Assembly (NCBI RefSeq): GCF_001194135.2
Contig: NC_068985.1
Location: 17,061,003 to 17,125,002 of the forward strand
From: Octopus bimaculoides
Lineage: Eukaryota
Direction of reading: 5' to 3'
Length of the DNA: 64,000 nucleotides
Under the pieces are notes generated by a model. It ran no database searches. It had not been told where the DNA came from and saw only the letters and a program-made list of their open reading frames with translations. The translations under genes were made by a program, and so were the position numbers. Shown piece after piece: positions 11,640-26,029 of this stretch. Positions within the stretch are counted from its first letter, which is position 1. Each line of letters starts with the position of its first letter.

Positions 11640-13240
11640 TCTGAGGAGACTTCATACCAACAAATAACAGGTCCTGAGGATGTTTCTCTTATCCCACATC
11701 TTTTCAATTTCTCTTAAAGATTTTCAATTCACCTATGGAAACACGACATTGTCTCCCATTCCGTTTCTCTCACTTCCAATATCACAAATGAGTTGGAAAC
11801 AGTTGTAGACATCTCATGCTAGGCCTGCATCACTTCCATGAACAGAGATCTTAGAAACATCTTCCCATGGAGGATGATAATCCACTCTACTGCCCGAACA
11901 CATAGTCCCTATGCATATTATCAGCACATTACAGAATCCTTGCTCATGAATAACAGTTAAAATAAGCCAACAAAAGAACCTTTACATGGTCACCTGATCT
12001 GCTAGAAGTCACACCCAAATCTCCCTCAAAATGATATCTGCCATTTTAGAAAAGATAAAGATACATTAGATACTGTAGTCCTACATATACTATGCCTTGC
12101 AAAAAAACAGTAAAGTATAGCTGGAACACCTTTGAACATAGGTCTGACTAGTCGGAGATGACCTAGGGTTAAACAACACAAATATAACATTTATAAACTT
12201 TACAACATACTGGACATCACCTTCTCTGATATAATCTCATGGTGATCGTACATCACTAACTTAGCTAAAAGGCATCTCAAACAATAGGTTTCCTTTTTAA
12301 GTCCTCATACTAATCCGAAACTAAACAATTACTAATCCACTACAAGGTGTCAGTTCAACAAATATTGAAGTACCACTCACATATATTAGGTAGTTCAGCT
12401 GCTGTATGCTCAAACATTTTATATCACATTAAAAAAATAAAGCTATCAAACCTTCACATAATAACACACCTCAATCACTAAATTACCAACATGATATGGT
12501 ACATGTTGCTACATTAGTCCCTGTTCTGCTGAATTAGAAAACTGAGTGCTGCCTCTGCCAAAGCTTATACAATGCATCTATCTCTCTTAGATCATTCTGT
12601 TTTTGTTTGTTTCTTTTTTGTTTTTCTGTTTCAACACTTCAAAGCCTATACTAAACATTCTCCAGTATTTCCTCTCTATAAGAGAAACCCACTGGAACTT
12701 CCTCCCCACATCCTATGATTTCCTAACAAGAACCAAACTACAGATATTCGACTATTGACCTCACCAATCTGGAAAGCTCTTCAAAGACTATTAGCCTCAG
12801 CCCTTCTACAATGCATTATGTAATTAAAAATAAGGATGGTTAGGAGAAGTTAAATCTATAACTTCTACCACATGCTGTGTTCTGTAAATAGCAATTGAAA
12901 TATTATCATCTGAGATGTTTTCGTAAATTATATTTTGAGCAACCACATTTCCTTATGGAAAACGAAGAGGCAATGAAAAGCAATGATGGGGTTCAGTTTC
13001 TTCTTCACAATTCAAGTTGCTATAATTGCTACACTTCATAATCTCTGATGCTCACTAAATACTTCTTCCAATTCTTTCTCCCCCAGAGCAGTCTCTATGA
13101 TATTCTCTATCTGCCACATTTTTTCCAAACAGATACTGACCTATGGTGATATTCAAGCTGAACACCCACTGCATCATTCCTGCATCATGAGTGGATCTGA
13201 GGCCATTTGTTGCATTAACCTTCCTCCTTTGACTAACTTA
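11640..13240 (+). mobile_element. Old L2/CR1-group LINE relic (RT C-terminus and 3' region), interrupted by family D
   Basis: Manual translation at 12204-12410: NILDITFSDIISW*SYITNLAK / KASQTIGFLF / KQLLIHYKVSVQQILKYHSHILG. This resembles the ILG.TF...SW..YI..IAK.AS..LGFL...LYK..VRP.LEY.SHIW pattern of L2/CR1-group ORF2. WNxLP-like remnants near 12710 and 13100. Confidence 0.62.
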
Positions 13241-13261
13241 TTAAAAATTATATCAATATAA

Positions 13262-13433
13262 GCACAGGCATGGCTGTGTGGTGCGAAGTTTGCTTGCCAG
13301 CCAGCTGGTTTGGGTTCAATCCCACTGCATGATACCTTGGGCAAGTGTCTTCAAGTATAAACTTGGTCTGGTCAAAGCCTTTTGAGTGGAAATGGCAAAC
13401 AGCAACTGAAAGAAGCCCATTGTGTGTGTATGC

Positions 13434-13489
<56 letters not shown>

Positions 13490-13680
13490 ATACCAATACC
13501 GGTTGCCAAGAAGTGGTGGGGGTCATACCAATACTGGTTGTCAAGAAGTGGTGTAACCTAGCAGATCAGGAAAAATGACCACTAGAAAAAAAAAAGTACA
13601 GATGTTGACAGTTCAACTAAAATTCTTTGAGGTGGTGCCCCAGCATGGCCAAAGTCTAGTGACTGAAACAAATACATAGA
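13262..13680 (+). mobile_element. SINE family A (degenerate right arm)
   Basis: Head, ACCTTGGGCAAGT, (TG)n and tail GGTGCCCCAGCATGGCC. Further A copies or fragments at ~13870, 14790, 16330, 18000, 20290, 23200, 24255, 24910, 26880, 28775, 32325, 36600, 48160, 50280, 51030, 53660, 54200, 56420, 58040 and 61850. Confidence 0.85.
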
Positions 13681-15857
13681 TTGAAAAAAAAAAGAGATAG
13701 CAAAAATAAAATGGCAAAACTGAAGCAAAATAAAGAAAATAAAATCAAATCTTTCAGGATATTTCCTTATCTCAACAGTATTAATCCAGTGTTAATCTAT
13801 GGAGATATTTACTGACTTCTGTCCTTAACCTATCTTAGATACCAAACAAATAATTTTCCCAAAATATATACGACGGGCTTCTTTCAGTTTCCGTCTACCA
13901 AATCCTCTCACAAGGCTTTGGTTGACCCAAGGCAGTAGTAAAAAAAAAAAAAAATTGCCCAAGGTGCCACACAGTGGGACTCAATTCAGAACTATGTGGT
14001 TGGGAAGCAAACTTCTTACCACACAACCACGCGAAATGCTTAGCGATATTTCCTCTGTTTTTACGTTCTGAGTTCAAATCCCGCCGAGGTCGACTTTGCC
14101 TTTCATCTTTTGGGAGTCGATAAATTAAGTACCAGTTGCGTACTGGTGTCGATCTAATCGACTGTCCTCCTCCCCAAAAACTCCGGGCCTTGTGAGGGGA
14201 TTATCTAAGTGGGATAACAGAATCAACAATATAAACACACCAAGTGAACTGGCATAAACAACTTCGAGCATTTAGTTTACTGGAAGTATGAGATTTTGCT
14301 ACCATGACAAAGTATTGATACTAAAACTAAGCTTATCATACTATTGTAATCAAGATATATTTCTGATGAAAGAAATTTGGAGAATTACCAGTTTAATAAA
14401 CATGAAAACTTAGCAAGTTATTGCATGATGTTGGGCAGTTCCAAGTGGATTAGTATCAAAAGGGTTTGACTCATAATCCATACTGAATATGGGTGACTTC
14501 CAGAAATTACACAAAATGATTTACATATTTGAATTGTTGCTGTTTACCTTTAGATCATCCTTAACCAAGCAAACGTATGATTACACAGGCATTCCAGCTG
14601 AGACAATCTTATAAATTTTACCAGACATAATATATTTAGAACTACATTAACCAATGTACACTCCCTTTACAAATGGTATCATGTGATTTGACTATAACTA
14701 GCAGAACAAGCAACCTCACGTTGCCTCATGTTGGCCCCTTGTGGGCAATAAAAAAAAAATCTCAAATTGCCTCATTTTGAAGATAGTTAATATCATTTAT
14801 CTTTTACTTGTATCAGACTGTGGCCATGCTGGGGGCACCACCTTGAAGAATCTCCTTTAATCAAATGAATCAACCCCAGTACTTATTTTTTGTCAAGCCT
14901 GGTGCTTTTTCTATCAGTCTCTTTTTGCCGAACTGCTAAGTTACGGGGACATAAACACACCAACACCAGTTGTCAAGTGGTGGTGGTGGACAAACACAGA
15001 CACAAAGACACACACACAGACATAAATATACATGATAGGCTTCTTTTGGTTTCTGTCTACCAAATCCACTCAGGCAACAGTAGAAGACACAAGCACCAAG
15101 GCCCACCCAGTGGGATTGAACCCAGTACCATGTGGTTGGGAAGCAAGCTTTTTCCCACACAGCTATGCCTGCATCTATTAGTTTGTCTGTTTATCTATTT
15201 GTTTTTTAAATCTAATTAAAAATAATCTGGAGATTAAATCATAAACTAAAATGGAGAAAGTAATATTCTTAATAGCTTTTCAAAAAATATAGTCATATTT
15301 GTGATTTGACGATATCAGAGTGGATTGGAATGAACTAAACAATTTCAGATGAGATTATAAGATAAATGATATGCAAACATAAAGCAATAGTCTGAAGAAT
15401 TTTGGAAAATTGACATAGTAATTAATTTTCCCCTGCTAGATGGCAACTATTGGTGAAACATTAGAAGATTATTAAAAATGGTAGCTTAATAAACTTACAG
15501 AAACTACGTCAACAGTTAATGCTAATAAATTCCATATGCTTTTTAAGAAACTGGAACTTTTAATGAAAGAAAAAAAATAAAGATTTGCAAATACACTTTA
15601 AAAAAATTTTTCTTCAGTTTCATTAAAATTTTTTTCAATCTCTTGTAAATTAAGGAATGTCTGTATAAAGAATATTTAATTAATTGCTACTTTGCACTGT
15701 AAAATATTTTACTTTTCTATAGAGAATAGTTATTTTAATTTAACCCAAGGTCAATTGTGTTTGACCAGACCAATGGCCAGAGGCATTTCAGCCATGATCA
15801 TCTTGTTTTTTATGAGTATCTAGGGCTACCTAATGCAATGTCCTTTTCTGTAGTTAA

Positions 15858-16116
15858 CCCTTTAGCATTCAAACCAACCATATTCGGCTCAAATTTTACC
15901 TATTTTATATTTAGACTGTCTGAATCTGGCTTCTCATTCATACCTTATAATGCCATTCTAAAAACAAGCAATTGCTTATTTTTAGAATGGCATCATGGAA
16001 ATTAATCATGATATCATGGACATTAATCAATAATAAATGATTAATGGATGGTTAATTCAAAACAATGTAAATATAGATGTGTTAACATTTGACAGAAAAT
16101 CTGAATGACAAAAGTA
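15858..16116. mobile_element. piggyBac-like MITE (TTAA-CCCTTTAGCATT...)
   Basis: TTAA flanks and a CCCTTTAGCATTC terminus. Internally homologous to 22602, 25121, 47375 and 55634. Confidence 0.7.
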
Positions 16117-16743
16117 TTAAGATAGTAGCATGTGTTAAAAAGGAGCTTGCCTACTGTTTCTAGCTCATTGGTGACTGTGTAGAAGTTTGTTGGTTTGTTA
16201 TCTGTTTAAATTAATTTAGTTTAACAAAATATGAAATAGTAAAGAAGTAAAGCCTGTCTCTTTGTCATACATCATTTTTCTGCCACAAAATAACTGGAAC
16301 TCACAATAAGCAATTTTAAAATTCATAACTAGTTTTATCTTTCCATCCTTTTCTAGTCTCAGCCAATTGACTGCAGCCATCTTGGGACACAGACTCAAAG
16401 GGTTTTAGTCAAACAGATCGACACCAGCGCTTATTTTTTAAGTTTGGTACTTATTCTATATGTGTCTTTTGTCAAACGACTAAGTAACAGGGATGTAACA
16501 AACCAACACCTTTTGTTAAGTGTGGTGAGGGAGACAAATAGAAGCACAAAGACACACACACAGATATATATATACATGATAGGCTTCCACACAGTTTCCA
16601 TCAACCAAATTCACTCAGAGGGGTGTAAGTTGGTCTAGTTACATAAAGTATAGCAAAAATTTATGAGTAAAATCACAATTTTAGAAGCAGTATTGAAAAC
16701 AAAATTTGTTTCAGACTAGCAAAGAAAATTATGATTAAAAGTA

Positions 16744-16795
<52 letters not shown>

Positions 16796-17074
16796 ATGTG
16801 CACGTGAGAGAGTGTGTGCGTGCGTATGTTTGTTCATCTGGGTTTTACAAATAAAATCAAAAGAATTAATGATTTCAGTTTTGAAGTTATCACAGATAAA
16901 TTTTCTAAATAGAAAGTTTCGAAGGGGTAGAAAATAATGTTGTAATATCAGTTTTAATACAAAATCCATATGAATCACAAACCTGGGATATATTTCCTTT
17001 CAAATGAATTATACCATAAAAATATTAAAAACATATTCTTTTTGTATGGGAAAATATAAAAACCATATTCTAAA

Positions 17075-17835
17075 TGTGGATGTGGTTGTTTGGTAAGAAG
17101 TTTGCTTCCTAACCACATGGTTCCAGGTTCAAGTCCCACTGCGTGGTACCTTGGTCAAGTGTCTTCTATTATAGCCACAGGCCGGCTAAAGCATTGTGAG
17201 AGGATCTGGTAGACAGAAGCTGAATGAAGCCTGTTATGTATATGTGTGTGTGTAGGAGGTGGGGTTTGTCCCCCACCACTGCTTGACAACCAGTGCTATC
17301 CCCATAACTTAGCAGTTCAGCAAAAGAGACTGATAGAATAAGTACTACACTTAAAAAAAAAAAAAAGAACTGGGGTTGATTCATTTGACTAAAATTCTTC
17401 AGAGCAGTGCTCCAGCAAGGCCACAGTCTAATGACAGAAATAAGTAAAAGATAAAAGGTATTCTTTTATTCTTTTACTTATTTCAGTAACTGGACTGTGT
17501 GGCCAAGCTGGAGCACCGCCTTTAGTAGAACAAATCAACCCCAGGACTTATTCTTTGTAAGCTTAGTACTTATTCTATTGGTCTCTTCTGCCGAACTGCT
17601 AAGTTACGGGGACATAAACACACCAACATCAGTTGTTAAGTGATAGTAGGAGGACAAACACAGACACACAAACACACACACACATATACGACAGGCTTCT
17701 TTCAGTTTCCATCTACCAAATCCACTCACAAGGCTTTGAGTAGAAAACACTTGCCTAAGGTGTTACACAGTGGGATTGAACCCGGAACCATGTGGTTGGG
17801 AAGTAAACTACTTACCACACAGCCACTCCTGCACC
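17075..17835. mobile_element. Two SINE A copies tail-to-tail (17075-17457 +, 17463-17835 -)
   Basis: Junction TAAGTAAAAGATAAAAG-GTATT-CTTTTATTCTTTTACTTA; both arms are recognisable. Confidence 0.9.
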
Positions 17836-19344
17836 TATATATTTTTTTTAAATTTTAAATAAAAGTTTTAAATATCACGAAAATGTTACGTGTCTTATTA
17901 CTGTGCATTTAGTAATCAGTTATTTAATTTACTGCAACTTAATACCCACATAATTTGCTGCGTCTTGGTAAGTAGGAACTTCATTTACAAGGCAGTGGTA
18001 CAGCCAGAGCTATAACAGAAGAGACACTTCTCTAAGGTGCTGTACAGTGGAACTGAACCTGAAATCTTGTGGTAGCAAAGCAAGCTTCTTAACCACACTG
18101 CCATACCAGTGGATTTTATGACTCTTTTCAAAATAAATTATTCTTACAAACAATACACTGATAAATCAAAAGGCTTTAAAATAGAAATATTTTAATAGTT
18201 AAAAATATTGGTTTCAAATTTTGGCACAAGGCCAGCAATTTCGAAGGAGGGAGCTAGTTGATTACATCGACCCCAGTACTCAACTGGTACTTATTTTATC
18301 AACCCCAAAAGGATAAAAAGCAAAGTCAACCTTGGCAGAATTTGAACTCAGAATGTAAAGACAGACAAAAGCATTTTACCGAGTGTGCTGATTCCACCAG
18401 CTCACTGCCTTGAAATAGTTAAAAACACTGCAATAAATTTTAGTGACCTTTTCAAATTCTAGAGAAATGGCATTTTGTAATATTAAATCTTTTAAATGAG
18501 GTTAAAAATAAACACCAATGACCTTCTTTCAAGCTTAGTTTAATGAGGAAGTGAAATGTTTTCCAGTAGTTATACTCTTCCAACAGGAAAAATAAATAAT
18601 ATACATGTTTATGTTTCCTTTCCAGTGAAAGCTATCAGGCTGGACAACAAAATAACATGATGGTATCTAATAATAATATACTCTGCTGCAGCCAGTTTTA
18701 CACTCGCATGAACATACGCAAGATATTATATCAGTTAGTAAAAAGGAAATGATAAGGTTTCACTAAGCTAATGCAACTGACATACGTCTTAAAAAAATAT
18801 AATTCAAAACTTTTCGTACATTTACAGCTTCTCATATTCACCCAAAGATTTACTAGTGTGGAAACAAATTCAAATATAAATAAACATATGTATATATGTT
18901 TCATCCGGTAGGGTGTCCAAAATGACACTCCTCAGGCTTGGCGGGATAGCAAGTTTAGTCACAGGTGAGCTGATCATGCCATAGGACAGATGAACTCAGG
19001 AGACTTCATGACAAAGCATGTTCATGTAGATGTGTAATTCACACATATAGATGTGTAAATTCACAAGGGAAAAGCATACTTTTACTTGATGCCAGTCATT
19101 TTAACATCTACTTTTCTATGCATGCATGGCTTGGAGGGAATCTGTCAAAGAAGATTTTCTGCAGCCAGATTACCCTTCCTGTTACCAACAACCTTCGCCT
19201 ATTTCCAAGTTAAGATATTTCCCCATAACCAGACAGGTTTTCGCAGAAGATTGAAAGCAAAGGACATTATGTGCATGACAATGACACTTGCTTACGACTA
19301 TCATCCAAAGGCAAGTCAAGGGAACAGTAACATACACACATATT

Positions 19345-19438
<94 letters not shown>

Positions 19439-19448
19439 NNNNNNNNNN

Positions 19449-19553
<105 letters not shown>

Positions 19554-20555
19554 TATACATGTATATATCTATGTATATATACTACATATAATATTTGTAA
19601 ACAAGCCCAATAGGCTTTGTAAGTTATGGAGAGAAAGCGACTATGGAAGTCTCTTAGTGCAATAATAACTATATAATAATATATCATAATAATAATAATA
19701 ATAATAATATATATTCTCTGATTTAAAGTGACATATTATATAAGCAACTGACTGAAAAATGATGAGCTAGCCAGAATCAAACCCACATATCAATGCTTAC
19801 ACGTTTCCATGAGCATCCTATTAAACCAAAAGCTCACTCATACATTTCAGCCAAATTTTATGAAATATATACTTTGTCTAATACTACATATAATATTTGT
19901 AAACAAACCCAAAAGGCTTTGTAAATTATGGAGAGAAAGCCATGTAAGTGTTGATATGTGGGTTCAATTCTGGCTAGGGTTAGCTCTTCATTTTTCAGTC
20001 AATTGCTTATATAAAACATCGCTTTAAAACAGAGAATATATATTATTATTATGATATACTATTATATAGTTATTATTGTATCTATCTATCTATCTATCTA
20101 CCTCTCTCTCTCTCTCTCTCTCTCTCTAAGTTCTCCAGTGGTCAACACAGCTGCATTCTCTGTTGAAGTACTGGCAATATCAAGAAAGTAAAGTCTTGGT
20201 CTTTGACATATTGGCAGAGAGAGGCATTACATTTTAAAAGGAAAGAGGGAAATAATGACGAAAAACAATGGATTTGCACATATTTCCTTTCTACCAAGTT
20301 CACTCACATGACACTTGTTAGGCCAGAGCTATAACAGAAGACACTTGCCCAAGGAGCTGTACAGGTGGGACTGAATTAAAAACCACATGGTTGCAAAGTG
20401 AGCTTCTTTAACCATGCTCCCACTTAACCATGACCACACAGCTGATCATTCTTTGAACTTTATTTAAGTTCTTCTTCACAGAATTCAAGCTGGTCACTAA
20501 CAAACTATTCTGTCTTTTTAACTGGAATCAAGACATTTCCGGGGATTAGCAAAAA

Positions 20556-20609
<54 letters not shown>

Positions 20610-21590
20610 AATGTCAATAAGTTTTTGCACCTGTTTCTAGTCAGTTCGGTCCCAGACAAGTGGCAAAGTAACAAGAAACAACTCGAAAACATTTGTACAT
20701 CAAAAGCTATCATCTTTGGCTGTTCTTTACATAAATTATGAGAGCCACATTCCACACAGTACCAAGGCATGAAAAAGAGAATACACGCACGCACACACAC
20801 ACACACACACATAGCAAACAGTAGTGGGTTTTAAATCCTACAAGGGAATTTCAATGTAGTCACGTAATCTGCTAGAAATAGAAGGCAAATTTACTTGAAA
20901 GCAAACTCTCATCCAAAAGAAAAAAGAAAGGCATATTTGGCAATGAGGTAATTGTAGATACACTGGCTTACAAAAAGAAAAGAAAAGGGATAAGATGGGG
21001 TGGTCACAACTGGAATGCTTTGATCATAAGTCTCTTGATCAGGACAGACTTGGCGCTTAATAGCATATTACTACTAATACCACAAAATGCTTAGAATATT
21101 TCATTAAAAGCAGCTGCTCTACTACTACCACTACTAATGATAATAATAATAATAATAATAATCCTTTCTACTATAGGCACAAGGCCTGAAACTTCATGGG
21201 TGAGACTAGTCGATTACATTGACCCCAGTGTTCCACTGGTACTTAATTTATCCACCCTGAAAGGCTGAAAGGCAAAGTCGACCGCAGCAGCATTTGAACT
21301 CAGAACATAGAAACGGGTGAAATACCGCTAAGCATTTTGTCCAGTGTGCTAACGTTTCTGCCAGCTCGCCGCCTTACTACTAATAATAATAATAATAGAT
21401 ATCAAATTTTGACACATGGCCAGCAGTTTGGGGGAGAGGTAAATTGATTACATCAACCTCAGTGCTCAACTGGTGCTTAATTTATCAACCCTGTAAGGAT
21501 GAAAGGCAAAGTCAACCTTGGTGAAATTAGAAACCCAGAACGTGAAGAGACAAAATGCTGCTAAGCATTTTGCCTAACAAGCCAGTGATT

Positions 21591-21628
<38 letters not shown>

Positions 21629-22601
21629 ACAATAACAAGAAATGTTTCACCTGATACAAATCCACCCCCACCACATTGTCTAACACCTGCATGGACTCAC
21701 AAGGGATGTGTGAAAGATAAAATCAGAATCCACGGTAATTTTACTGCTTTATTGTAATAGAGTCTGGTTTAGAAGATACAATATAATATCAGAACAGTGT
21801 CTAGAAGTAATGCTGAAACACAGTTTAGTTAATATCTATTTACAAATATCCTAGTAAAGTGAAATGCATTTAAAGAATAGGAAAACTGAAATACAAACAT
21901 ATACATCTCTCTTTCTCTCTCACTCTTTTCGGAAATTTTTACTTCAAAATTGAAAAACCTCGCTATCAAGCGAAGGAAGACAACTCGCCTGGCCATAATT
22001 TTTTAAGAGGAATATTTCTTGTACTCCTTATGCAGAGGTGAACCAGCACCTGTTCCTACACCTTAGAACCATCATGACATCTGATGTGGCTTTTTAAACC
22101 AGACAATGCTTTGAAAAGACACCCACATTGATTGCATATCCAATTTGGACCACCAAGAGCTGCAGTTAAGTTCTGATCTTTGTGGATCAGAACATATGAT
22201 GGTTAAGAAGTTCATTTCCTAATTGTGAAATTTCAGCTTGGGTTCAATCATACTACACCATACTTTAGATAAGTGTCTTCTACAGTAGCCTTAGGTAACC
22301 AGAAGCTTGTGAATAAAATTTACGGAAACCCATCAGGGAGACCATTTCTGATATTCAGTGGTTGGCTTAATCCATCGCTTGGGTAGACAACAACACTTTC
22401 TCCTCCTCCACCTGCTGTGTATTTAGCTGAGTCCATTCTATTGCAAGCATTTGCACTAGGTCTCCTCTATCTGAAAATATCTTCTCCCCTTATTTCCCAC
22501 CAGTCTTCGGAGCCTTACAAAAGGTCATGGGTATTGCTCTCCTTCCTCTAATCAGTGATCGAAAGAATTCTTTTTAAATATTCATTTGTTTGTTAGTTTA
22601 A

Positions 22602-22820
22602 CTCTTTAGCATTCACATTATTGTGTCAAATGTAGAGCTTATTTATTCAAATTGTTTTGAATTAATCATTCATTATCTCATAGGTTCATGATTTTGGTGA
22701 TGTTATTGTTTATTTTTAGAATGACATTGTAGGGGATGTGTGATAGGCCAAAGCTACTCAGTTTCATCACAAAAAAGTGGTATATTTGGGCCAGATATGG
22801 CCAGTTTAAATGCTAAAGAA
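22602..22820. mobile_element. piggyBac-like MITE
   Basis: TTAA at 22598-22601 and 22821-22824; termini CTCTTTAGCATT / AATGCTAAAGAA. Confidence 0.8.
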
Positions 22821-23099
22821 TTAACCCATTTCATAATGAAAGGGTTAATGTCTGGGTTTTTTTTAATGCTAGTATGGGTTAGACAGAGAGTTATTTGAGG
22901 CAGGATTTTATGATTTGGTACTCCTCATATAGCCAATCCTTAACTGATTTTCAAGAAGAGATGTTTTTAGATCAGAGGAATTCCAAGGTACAGAGCTAAC
23001 TGACAATTTAATGACAAGAAATATCAACAAACATTACTATTTGTGACCCAGCTATAAATGTTGACATTTTGTTGTTCATTACCAAATTGTAAACATTCA

Positions 23100-23156
<57 letters not shown>

Positions 23157-23161
23157 TCACA

Positions 23162-23194
<33 letters not shown>

Positions 23195-23619
23195 TTGCTT
23201 ACTTCGGTCTTTGAACAATTTCTGTTTGACAAATTCTCTTCCTACAACCCCAGTTGACCGAGGGCTATAATAAAAGACATTTGCCTAAGGTACAAAATGG
23301 GATTGAACCTTACATTATGTGGTTGAGAAGTAAAATTCTTTACTGCATCAGCATGCCTCTATCTACCTATCTATACATATACACACACACATATATTTGT
23401 AAATAGTAAGGGATTACTCCAAACATTTACTGGTTTGTTCTCAGTTAGGTATTTAAAATAGGGTGACATTATTTAGAAGAGTAAATAGTAATAAGGAACT
23501 TGGTTGCAATGAATTTGATTCTTCCATGAATGATCAAATTAAAACTAAATCTGAGAGAAATATAAAAGATTAACTTTTCAATTGTTCTAAACAGGAATAA
23601 GTGTAAGACAGAAAATATA

Positions 23620-23970
23620 ATATCATCATCATCATCGTTCAACGTCCGCTTTCCATGCTAGCATGGGTTGGACAATTTGACTGAGGACTGGTGAACCAGA
23701 TGGCTGCACCAGGCTCCAATCTGATCTGGCAGAGTTTCTACATCTGGATGCCCTTCCTAACGCCAACCACTCCGAGAGTGTAGTGGGTGCTTTTACGTGC
23801 CACCGGCACGAAGGCCAGTCAGGCGGTACTGGCAATGGCCATGCTCAAAATGGTGTATTTTACGTGCCACCTGCACAGGAGCTAGTCCAGCAGCACTGGC
23901 AACGATCTTGCTCAAATGTCGTTGCATGTGCCACCGGCACAAGTGCCAGGAAGGCGACGCTGGTAATGAG
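23620..23970 (-). mobile_element. RTE LINE 3' UTR fragment (family C)
   Basis: (CAT)n tail on +, CCATGCTAGCATGG, GGATGCCCTTCCTAACGCCAACC and GTGCCACCGGCAC units. Confidence 0.85.
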
Positions 23971-24157
23971 ACAAATCAAAGGATATTAAAATAAAGACCC
24001 TGAAGAAACTACACCCATATTATAGTAGGGCTGCAATTGCAATGGGAACTAATCAGTGCAGTTGAAACATGTGTAGGTCTAAGTAAAGCTGTATATATAT
24101 AAAAAGAATTAAAGGTAATGCTATGCCACTTCATAATAATCATTATTACTATTGCTG

Positions 24158-24180
24158 ATATATATATATATATATGTATA

Positions 24181-24255
<75 letters not shown>
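24158..24255. repeat. (TA)n microsatellite (SINE A linker)
   Basis: Direct. It abuts a SINE A left arm. Many other (TG/CA)n, (TA)n, (CT)n and (AAT)n tracts occur across the window. Confidence 0.95.
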
Positions 24256-24257
<2 letters not shown>

Positions 24258-25120
24258 CAGGCTTCTTTCAGTTTCCATCTACCAAATCCATTCACAAGGC
24301 TTTGGTCAGCTAGAGGCTATAGCAGAAGACACTCAAAGTGTCATACAGTGGGACAGAACCCAGAACCATGTGGCTTGGAGGAAAACTTCTTACCACACAG
24401 CCATGATAAAATCTTTTGTATCTCTTTAAGCTTAACACCATATTTTATAGATAACTTTTCTTTTCTATTTTTTCTCTTGTCTGTAGACTTATTCAGCTTG
24501 GTATATTTCTAATAGCTAAGCTGGAACCTGGCTCTTCTCCCAGTTCTTTATACAGATGACTATTCAGTAATCTATTCTTAGTCTTGTATAAGTCTACACT
24601 TCAGTTATGAAACACAAACACACGCATACAAAAACACTACTACTACTACAATTATTACCATCACCACCACCATTTTATGTGCATTTTCTCCATGCTTGCA
24701 TGGGTTGGCTGAGATTTGATGAGGTAGTATTTGGAGGTTGGATATTCTTTCTGTTACAAACCTATGCCTGTTTTTGGAGTAAAGTATTTTTATTCTAGTG
24801 ATGGTCTTAACAAATCAAAACAGATAAGACAACTGAACTACACACACACACACACGCGCGCAACAGAGGCTTCTGTGCAATTTCTGTCATTGAATTTCAC
24901 TCAAATATATATACAACAGGCTTCTTTCAATTTCCATCTATCAAATCCACTCACAAGGCTTTGATCAGCCCAGGGCTATAGTAGAAGACACTTTACCAAG
25001 GTGTCACACAGTGGGACTGAATCAAGACCCACATGTTCAGGAAGTAAGCTTCTTATCACACAGCCATGCCTAGTTATGCTGGGTTTTCCTAGAAACGTGT
25101 AAGATAAATTCATTTATCAA

Positions 25121-25340
25121 CCCTTTAACCTTCAGATTACTCTGTCAAATTTAATGCTTATTTATTGCTATTGTTTGGAATTAATCATGCATTATGTCTT
25201 GGCTTTGAGAATTTGATGATATAACTGATCATTTTTAGAATGTCATTGTAGAGGTCATATGAGAGGCCAGATTTGGCTGGTTTGAACATAAAACATATTG
25301 AATATTTTTGCCAGACATAGCTGGCTTAAATGCTAAAGGG
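25121..25340. mobile_element. piggyBac-like MITE
   Basis: CCCTTTAACCTTCAG...AATGCTAAAGGG-TTAA; homologous to 22602-22820. Confidence 0.8.
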
Positions 25341-25464
25341 TTAAGCAAATCCAACTATATAGCTTTCATTCACACCCACTGAGAATGACTGTAACTTTTG
25401 CCAATCCATGAAACAACCAGAAACAAATAATTGCAAAATATATAAGTCCGCATTATAACTATAT

Positions 25465-26029
25465 ATCGAACCAAATTTGACGACTGGCACCCATGCTAAA
25501 CTTTCCTTCATTGGACACTAAACTCTGCTTGCAAAGACCTGTTGGGGCAAGTGAAATTGAAATCGTAATTGGACCAAATTCGATGACTGGCACCCGTGCC
25601 AGCGGAGTGCTAATAGCACCGTCCGAGCGTGATCATTGCCAGAGCAGCTGTCTGGCTTCTGGCCAGTGGCACGTAAACAGCACCATTTGAGCATGATAGT
25701 TACCAGCGTTGCCTTACTGGCACTTGTGCCGGTGGCACGTGAAAAAACATTCAAGCGAGGTCATTGCCAGTGCTGCTGGACTGGCTCCTGTGCAGGTGGC
25801 ATGTAAAAAAACACCATTTGAGCATGGCCACTGCCAGTACTGCCTGACTGGCCCTCGTGCCGGTGGCATGTAAAAGCACCTACTACACTCTCGGAGTGGT
25901 TGGTGTTAGGAAGGGCATCCAGCTGTAGAAACTCTGCCAGATCAGATTGGAGCCTGGTGCAGCCATCTGGTTCGCCAGTCCTCAGTCAAATTGTCCAACC
26001 CATGCTAGCATGGAAAGCGGATGTTAAAC

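Noticed and set aside
24440-24600. Minus-strand peptide VDLYKTKNRLLNSHLYKELGEEP, faintly like a Penelope RT N-terminal region
   Set aside because: Too short and degenerate to support without a profile search.
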